DNA of 45,689 nucleotides, from assembly GCA_947253405.1 (NCBI GenBank), contig CAMXZF010000001.1, positions 1 through 45,689 of the forward strand, in the 5' to 3' direction. This stretch comes from an uncultured Candidatus Saccharibacteria bacterium. GTDB lineage: Bacteria; Patescibacteriota; Saccharimonadia; Saccharimonadales; Saccharimonadaceae. Every line of letters starts with the position of its first letter. The stretch's first letter is position 1. The translations under genes were made by a program, and so were the position numbers. A model generated the notes under the pieces. The model ran no database searches. It was not told where the DNA came from and worked only from the letters and a program-made list of their open reading frames with translations. This document shows positions 38,861-45,689 of the stretch, piece by piece.

Positions 38861-40726
38861 ATGCATAGAAAAATTAAAAATCTTCTAAAAGATTATTGGA
38901 TTTTAATCTTAGCGATTTTAGTAGCCATAACAGCTATAACATTAAACTTTACACTAAACGATATCAAGCTAAAACAATCTATAATTAACAATCTGATCAT
39001 TGCGCTTGGGTCAATTATGGTCGTCACTTCTGGTATTGACATGCTAAAATCAATCTTAAAGGGTTCTTATGGTATTGATATTCTAGCTATTACCGCCATA
39101 TTGGCCTGCCTAGCTATTGGTCAATATTGGGCTGCTTACGTTATCGTCTTAATGTTATCAGGTGGTGAAGCTTTAGAAATCCTAGCCACCAAGCGAGCAC
39201 GCAAAGAGCTCTCTAGGTTAATAAAAAGACAGCCTCAAACCGCCCATTTACTCAAAGCTAATGGGCAGGTTAAAAGTATAGATATTGATAAAATTAAAAT
39301 TGGTGACAATATCCTAGTTAAGCCTAGTGAAATCGTGCCGATTGATGGTAGATTAGTTACTAAATCAGCTGAATTAGACGAAAGTGCTATGACTGGTGAG
39401 TCTATACCAGTAATAAAAACTAAGGGTGAAAAAATTATATCCGGCACCCTAAATAGATCTACTGCTATTACCATAAAAGTAACCGCCCTACTAAAAGACT
39501 CTTACTATTCGCGCATTATTAAGCTAGTTAAAGATGCCGAATCTAGTCAATCACGCTTCGTTAATATGGCTAATCGTTACGCCATACCCTTTACTTTGTT
39601 GTCCTACACAATCGCTGGGCTAGCATGGATACTATCGGGTGATGCTACTAGGTTTGCGGAAGTTTTAGTAGTTTCTTCACCCTGTCCTTTAATTTTAGCG
39701 GCTCCAATTGCCTTTATTTCGGGCCGAAGTATAGCTTCACGATATGGCATTATAGTTAAAGATAGTGCTGCACTAGAATTGACAGCTAATGCTAAAATTT
39801 TTGCTTTTGATAAAACCGGCACACTAACTTCTGGAAAAATTAAAGTTGCTAAAGTTGAAGCTAACCATCAATATACACCAGAAAATGTTATATCTTTTGC
39901 TGCTAGCGCAGAAAGTTTTAGTTCTCATGTACTAGCGGTAGCAGTAACGAATTATGCTAAAAATAAAAAAATTAATACCAAAGTTACAAAAAACGCCCGT
40001 GAAATCCCTGGGCAAGGAATTTTTGCTAACATCGATAACAAAAAATGCCTGGTTGGTAGTTTAGACTTTTTAAAAAATAATAAGATAAAAGATTTGCCCT
40101 TAGAGCTCTCAGGTAAAACTAACATTAACGTGGCGGTTAATGGCTACTACGCAGGCACTCTCTATCTAGATGACACTATCAAGCCAAATGCCAAAAACAC
40201 TCTCAAAAACCTCTTAAATAATGGGGCTAGTAAAATAATTATGTTAACTGGCGACAATCATTCATCGGCCAAAAAAACTGCTGGATTATTAAATATAACA
40301 GATTTTTACGCCAAACAGTCGCCTTTAGACAAAGTAAATATCGTTAGCTCTCTTAAGCAATCTAGTAAAGACCCCATCATTATGGTCGGAGATGGTATTA
40401 ACGATGCCCCCGTGTTAGCAAAAGCTAGTGTTGGTATTGCGCTAGGATCTATGGGATCAACCATCGCCAGTGAATCAGCTGATGTCGTAATCACTTCGCC
40501 CAACATAAACCGCATTGCTGTTTTTCAAAAAATTTCTCAACATACCATAAATATTGCTAGGCAATCAATTATTTATGGTATTGTACTTTGTCTATTTTTA
40601 GAAATCTTGGCTTCATTTGGCTTTATACCTGCCCTTATCGGCGCCTTTTTCCAAGAAGTCATTGATGTGGTAGTGATAGTAAACGCCTTGCGCGTGCATA
40701 GAGCTAAAATACATCTAATTAAATAG
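38861..40726 (+). CDS. P1B-5-like heavy-metal P-type ATPase
   Basis: TGES, SPCP, DKTGT, GDGIND, QEVID. Confidence 0.9.
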   Translation: MHRKIKNLLKDYWILILAILVAITAITLNFTLNDIKLKQSIINNLIIALGSIMVVTSGIDMLKSILKGSYGIDILAITAILACLAIGQYWAAYVIVLMLSGGEALEILATKRARKELSRLIKRQPQTAHLLKANGQVKSIDIDKIKIGDNILVKPSEIVPIDGRLVTKSAELDESAMTGESIPVIKTKGEKIISGTLNRSTAITIKVTALLKDSYYSRIIKLVKDAESSQSRFVNMANRYAIPFTLLSYTIAGLAWILSGDATRFAEVLVVSSPCPLILAAPIAFISGRSIASRYGIIVKDSAALELTANAKIFAFDKTGTLTSGKIKVAKVEANHQYTPENVISFAASAESFSSHVLAVAVTNYAKNKKINTKVTKNAREIPGQGIFANIDNKKCLVGSLDFLKNNKIKDLPLELSGKTNINVAVNGYYAGTLYLDDTIKPNAKNTLKNLLNNGASKIIMLTGDNHSSAKKTAGLLNITDFYAKQSPLDKVNIVSSLKQSSKDPIIMVGDGINDAPVLAKASVGIALGSMGSTIASESADVVITSPNINRIAVFQKISQHTINIARQSIIYGIVLCLFLEILASFGFIPALIGAFFQEVIDVVVIVNALRVHRAKIHLIK

Positions 40727-40734
40727 AATCTAGA

Positions 40735-42507
40735 CTAATCCCGCTTTAGCATAACAGTAAAGGCTTCGGCCGGAATATCCACTTTACCGAAACGCTTTAA
40801 TCTCTTTTTACCTCTAGCTTGTTTAGCTAGTAACTTCTTTTTTCTAGATACATCGCCACCATAAAGCGCTCCAGTTACATCCTTGCGATAAGACGATAAG
40901 TCTTCACGGGCAATAAACTTGCCGCCAATACCAGCCTGTAAACTAACCGCAAATTGTTGTCGCGGGATAACCTCTTTTAGTTTTTTAACAATCTGCCGGC
41001 CAAGATAAGGTGCTTCTAAACGGTGACACATCAAACTTAAAGCACTAACCATCTCACCAGCTACATAAAAATCAACCCGCACTAAATCCTCTACTCTATA
41101 ACCAAGCAAATTGTAATTAAAAGAGGCGTAACCGCTAGTAGCGCTCTTTAATTGATCATAAAAATCAGTTAAAAGATTAGCCATAGGCGCTTCAAAAGTG
41201 ATGATGGCTCTTTCGCCTAAATAGCTAATATTTTTTTGTAAACCTCTTTTTTTAACAATTAACTGGATAACAACACCAACATAGTCAGATGGCACTACAA
41301 TTTCACCGGCAATCCAAGGTTCGGCAATATCTTTTATTTTGCTACGATCTGGCAAGTCGCTGGCTGAGCTAATTTCTAAGTTTTCGTGATTCAACAAACT
41401 AACCCTATAATTAGTTGATGGGTTAGTGACAATTAGATCTAAATTATACTCACGCTCTAAACGTTCGCGGACAATATCCATATGTAAAAGACCCAAAAAC
41501 CCAAGGCGCAAACCAAAACCTAAAACGGGTGAGTTCTCTGGTACAAATCGCAGTACCGAATCACTTAGACTAAGTTTTTCAACTGCGTCTTTTAGGTCAT
41601 CGTAATTATCATTAGAGATTGGGAAAAACCCAGCATAAACAAATGGCTTAACTTCGCGATAACCCTCTAGTGCTACCGTGTTTTTATCGTCAACTAAAGC
41701 TACTGTATCGCCTACTCTAGCATCACGTGTTGTTTTTAAATTAGTAACAATATAACCAATTTCACCCGTAGTCAATTGATCGCAGGGGTTCATTTTTGGT
41801 GTCAAACTACCAACCTCTAAGGCTAATGATTCGGTATTGGTAGCTACCATCTTAACCTGCTGATTTTTATTCAACTTACCATCAACAATGCGCACATATA
41901 AGACTACGCCACGATAATCGTCGTAATAACTATCAAAGATTAAAGCTCTAAGTGGAGAGTCTGGTTGCCCCTTGGGCGCTGGAATATCGCTAACAATTCG
42001 ATCTAAAACCTGCTCAATGTTCTGACCAGTTTTAGCGCTTACTTTTATAATATCTGACTCTTTACAGCCTAGTAACTCAATTAACTCATTGCTAACCCGC
42101 TCAACATCGGCAGCGGGTAAATCAATCTTATTTAAAACTGGAATAATTTTTAAGTCAGACTCCATGGCCAAATAAACATTGGTTAGAGTCTGCGCCTGTA
42201 TACCCTGAGCAGCATCAACGACCAATATTGCTCCCTCACAGGCAGCCAAACTACGTGATACCTCATAGGAAAAATCGACATGACCAGGCGTGTCTATTAA
42301 GTTAAGTATGTAACCCTTGTAATTCATATGTACTGGCGACAGCTTAATGGTAATTCCCCGCTCTCTCTCTAGTTCCATTGAATCTAATAGTTGCGACTTC
42401 ATCTCACGCTTAGTGGTGGTTTTAGTCAGCTCTATCATCCGATCAGCTAAAGTGCTTTTGCCATGATCAATATGCGCAATAATACAAAAATTACGAATTT
42501 TATTCAT
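40735..42507 (-). CDS. lepA: Elongation factor 4
   Basis: IIAHIDHGKST, DTPGHVDF, GFLGLLH, YGGDVSRK. Confidence 0.98.
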   Translation of the reverse strand: MNKIRNFCIIAHIDHGKSTLADRMIELTKTTTKREMKSQLLDSMELERERGITIKLSPVHMNYKGYILNLIDTPGHVDFSYEVSRSLAACEGAILVVDAAQGIQAQTLTNVYLAMESDLKIIPVLNKIDLPAADVERVSNELIELLGCKESDIIKVSAKTGQNIEQVLDRIVSDIPAPKGQPDSPLRALIFDSYYDDYRGVVLYVRIVDGKLNKNQQVKMVATNTESLALEVGSLTPKMNPCDQLTTGEIGYIVTNLKTTRDARVGDTVALVDDKNTVALEGYREVKPFVYAGFFPISNDNYDDLKDAVEKLSLSDSVLRFVPENSPVLGFGLRLGFLGLLHMDIVRERLEREYNLDLIVTNPSTNYRVSLLNHENLEISSASDLPDRSKIKDIAEPWIAGEIVVPSDYVGVVIQLIVKKRGLQKNISYLGERAIITFEAPMANLLTDFYDQLKSATSGYASFNYNLLGYRVEDLVRVDFYVAGEMVSALSLMCHRLEAPYLGRQIVKKLKEVIPRQQFAVSLQAGIGGKFIAREDLSSYRKDVTGALYGGDVSRKKKLLAKQARGKKRLKRFGKVDIPAEAFTVMLKRD

Positions 42508-44226
42508 CTACTTTTTTCCTTTTAACATAAAAGTGCCACTTAAAAGCCTCTTTAGATAATTAATAACTGGGCTAGCTTCCTCTAATTTAAATAGGTATGA
42601 TAGACCCAAGTAGCTTAACGAACTAACCAACCCAATTAAAGATAGTGGCAACAGTACCATTAACATATTCTGGTTATTAAATTGTAATCCATACAATTTA
42701 ACCATTATGTACGTAATTACACCAGTTAAAGCTGATGCCATAACAATACGCACAAAAGCCAACCAAAAATGATGATTAAACAGCTTCGGCAGGCGCTTAA
42801 CAATTAAGGTAAATAATATTGCTAACTCAATCACCGACCAGATAACTTGAGCCCAAGCTATACCTATAGCGCCAAGATTTAAGCTAAACACAAACCAAAG
42901 CTCTAGAGCTACAGCTATCATCAAAGATACAAGCGATACAATCATAGGGGTTTTAGTGTCTTGAAGTGCATAAAAACTCCTTGATGCAATATGAAATAAA
43001 GAGCGAAAAAAGACCGCTAAACACAGTATGCCTAGTAGGCTAACAATTGTACCGTTACCACCACGATCAATAATAGAAACTATGTAACCTCTAGTAAAAA
43101 ACATAATTACGGCAACTGGTAAGCTAAACCAAATAATAGTACGCAAAGAAGAGCGCACCTGGTTAACAAAAGCTGTTTGATCGCCTTTGCCAATTTTTTC
43201 AGTCATACTGGGAAAAGCTGCTGTTGATATTGCCACACCGATCAAATTAATTGGCATATTATATAGTGTTCCAGCCTGCTGATAAGCCCTAATTGTACCA
43301 TCAGCCATACGACTAGCCAGGTTAGTATCAATAATAGAGCTTACATAATCTAAACCCTGATCGGCCGAACGGGCGGGCAAAAGCGATAAGACTTTTCGAA
43401 AACCTCTATTCCTCCAAAAAATCTTAAAACGATAATCAAAACCTAAGCCAATTAAGCCAATACTGGAAACGATCAACTGCATAACAGCACCAAGCACCAC
43501 GCCCAAAGCTACACCCATAACACCACCGCTAAAAACTTGCCAACCAAAAATATTAATACCGTCGGTAAAGAATACTGCGCCGATAATGATACCGACATTA
43601 TAAATTATTGGCGAAAGTGCACAAAAAACAAATCTTCCCACCGATTGTTGCATTGACGCAATCACTGTGGCAATGGCAAACAGAAACGGATTAACGGCAA
43701 TGACTCGCATCATGCTAGTAGCTAAAGCTTGGCCGGACTCTGACATCCCTGGGCCAACTATATACTTAACTAAAATCGGTGCAAATATCATAATAAGCAC
43801 CGAAGCTAATAAAGTAACTAAAGCCAAAAAATTAATTAAACTGGTACTCATTTGCCAAGCACTTTCACGATTATTTTTAGCTAAACGGGCATTAAATACT
43901 GGTATAAAAGTAACAGATAAGGCGCCGCTGACTAAAATAAGATACATAAAGTCAGGAATACTAAAGGCAACCGTATAAGAATCAATACCTACTTTATAAG
44001 TATCTAAGTACATTGAGTTCAATAAGCGATCGCGGTAAATTCCTAAAATCGCTGATATTAAGGTAGAGCCAGAAAGTAGCATCGCAGCTAATCTGATGCC
44101 CATTTTTTGATTAGCTCGAGCGATTGCTACTAATGCGCGATTACGCTGTCGCAATCGACTTTTATTATCGTCGTTCAGCGTTAGTTTATGATCCCTTTTC
44201 TTTGGACGTAGCCATCTAAAAGGCAT
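42508..44226 (-). CDS. murJ: Lipid II flippase
   Basis: LGIYRD, AFSIPD, GALSVTFIP, RSFYALQDTKTP. Confidence 0.93.
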   Translation of the reverse strand: MPFRWLRPKKRDHKLTLNDDNKSRLRQRNRALVAIARANQKMGIRLAAMLLSGSTLISAILGIYRDRLLNSMYLDTYKVGIDSYTVAFSIPDFMYLILVSGALSVTFIPVFNARLAKNNRESAWQMSTSLINFLALVTLLASVLIMIFAPILVKYIVGPGMSESGQALATSMMRVIAVNPFLFAIATVIASMQQSVGRFVFCALSPIIYNVGIIIGAVFFTDGINIFGWQVFSGGVMGVALGVVLGAVMQLIVSSIGLIGLGFDYRFKIFWRNRGFRKVLSLLPARSADQGLDYVSSIIDTNLASRMADGTIRAYQQAGTLYNMPINLIGVAISTAAFPSMTEKIGKGDQTAFVNQVRSSLRTIIWFSLPVAVIMFFTRGYIVSIIDRGGNGTIVSLLGILCLAVFFRSLFHIASRSFYALQDTKTPMIVSLVSLMIAVALELWFVFSLNLGAIGIAWAQVIWSVIELAILFTLIVKRLPKLFNHHFWLAFVRIVMASALTGVITYIMVKLYGLQFNNQNMLMVLLPLSLIGLVSSLSYLGLSYLFKLEEASPVINYLKRLLSGTFMLKGKK

Positions 44227-44239
44227 GTTGCTTTAACTC

Positions 44240-45642
44240 CTAATAAAGTTTAGCGGCATCTGGAAGTTTAGCGCCCTTAAATATTTCGGCAACCTGATCA
44301 GATTCCAAGGTTTCACATTTTAATAATTCATCTTTAATCTTTTCTAGGTATTCACGATTAGCTTCAATTACTATTCGAGCACGTCGACCAGCTTCTTCAA
44401 TTAGCTGCTTGACTTCGCGATCAATCTCTTCAGCCGTTTTTTCGGAATAAGGTTTCTCTTTTGTGATTCTATCCATCATCAAGCCGCCCTCGTCCTCATG
44501 AAAAACCTGATCACGTAGCTTTACGCCCATACCTTGCTCAATAATCATATCCCTAGCTATAGAAGTAGCACTGCGTAAATCTGAACCAGCACCAGTAGTA
44601 ATTTGATCACGCCCGTAGATAACCTCTTCGGCGATACGCCCACCAAGAGCCCGAGCTAAAATGTCCTTATATTCAACAACACTAGTATAAGGCGTATCAT
44701 CTTCTGGTAGAGTCCAGGTTACACCACCAGTAGCGCCGCGCGGAATAATAGTGACCTTGTGTACATTATCGCTGTCAGGCAAAACCTGTGCTACTAAAGC
44801 GTGTCCACCCTCGTGATAAGCAGTTAGCTCTCGATCGTGGTCACTCATAGGCTTATTCTTGCGTTCTGGTCCAATTGCCACTTTTTCAAAAGCAGCCACA
44901 ATATCTTCATTGGTAATAATTTTGCGATTATGACGAGCAGCGCGAATAGCTGCTTCGTTAGCGATATTAGACAAATCAGCACCAGAAGATCCTGTAGTTT
45001 TTTTCGATAAAGCTTCCAGGTCGACTGATTTGTCGATTGGTTTATCTTTAAAGTGTACCTTTAAAATAGCTAGGCGATCGGGCCTATCGGGTAAAACTAT
45101 ATTTACGCGGCGATCAAAGCGACCTGGTCGCAGCAAAGCTGGATCAAGTACGTCTGCTCGGTTAGTGGCTGCTAAAACAATCACATTTTGCTCTTTATCA
45201 AACCCATCCATCTCTACCAAAATTTGATTGAGTGTTTGTTCTCGTTCGTCATGGCCGCCACCCATACCGCTACCGCGGCGGCGACCAACGGCATCGATCT
45301 CATCAATAAATATAATACATGGCGCATTTTTTTTAGCTTTTTCAAATAAATCACGCACACGGCTAGCACCAACACCAACGAACATTTCCACAAACTCGGA
45401 CCCAGAAATGCTGAAGAATGGCACACTGGCTTCACCTGCCACTGCGCGAGCTAGCATAGTTTTACCTGTTCCCGGAGGGCCAACCAACAATACGCCTTTG
45501 GGAATGCGTGCACCCACATCAGAAAACTTTTTTGGATGTCGCAAGAAGTCGACGACCTCCGCTAAGTCTTCTTTGGCCGATTCATTACCAGCAATTTCAC
45601 TAAACTTAGTTTTAGATTTATCGTTGCCATAAAGCTTAGCCT
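44240..45642 (-). CDS. ftsH: ATP-dependent metalloprotease FtsH (5'-truncated by contig end)
   Basis: [25 protein letters not shown]; frame stays open upstream (AKLYGNDK...LAEVVDFL) up to the adapter. Confidence 0.97.
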
Positions 45643-45689
45643 CTGTCTCTTATACACATCTGACGCTGCCGACGATTCGCCACCGGTGT
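45643..45689 (+). other. Illumina Nextera adapter read-through (artefact)
   Basis: CTGTCTCTTATACACATCTGACGCTGCCGACGA, 10-nt index TTCGCCACCG, GTGT. Confidence 0.97.

Noticed and set aside
11536..45632. Numerous 60-143 aa ORFs overlapping known genes
   Set aside because: They are antisense or out-of-frame shadows of conserved housekeeping genes with no motifs of their own.
45643..45661. Tn5/IS50 end as a real mobile element
   Set aside because: It continues directly into Illumina adapter and index sequence.

Overview
AT-rich bacterial contig (standard code; TGA is used as stop) with the compact gene set and promoter style of a Patescibacteria/Saccharibacteria (TM7-like) genome; the taxon is my inference. 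Most of it is housekeeping: uppP, xseAB, tRNA-Gly, rpmA, rpmB, mnmA/iscS/tatD/metG/rsmA, an Rpf-like G5 protein, mltG, ruvX, an FtsA-like gene plus a baseplate-J-like partner, alaS, hrcA-grpE-dnaK-dnaJ with CIRCE operators, aspS, lepA, murJ and a truncated ftsH ending in a Nextera adapter. The outstanding feature is at ~6620-9045: a tandem array of four self-contained minus-strand units inserted between two divergent housekeeping promoters. Each unit has a TTGACA promoter, a ~65-75 nt leader with two hairpins showing compensatory changes at fixed spacing, a boxA-like/RBS segment, one strongly diverged paralog of a small uncharacterised protein family (YxIxxGP[ST]...YN...G) and a near-identical GC-rich terminator. 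Other oddities: a P1B-ATPase lacking its metal-binding motifs, a dead-Nudix/RNase HI fusion, tRNA-Gly with A73, and many apparently leaderless genes. All calls are by eye, with no database searches.
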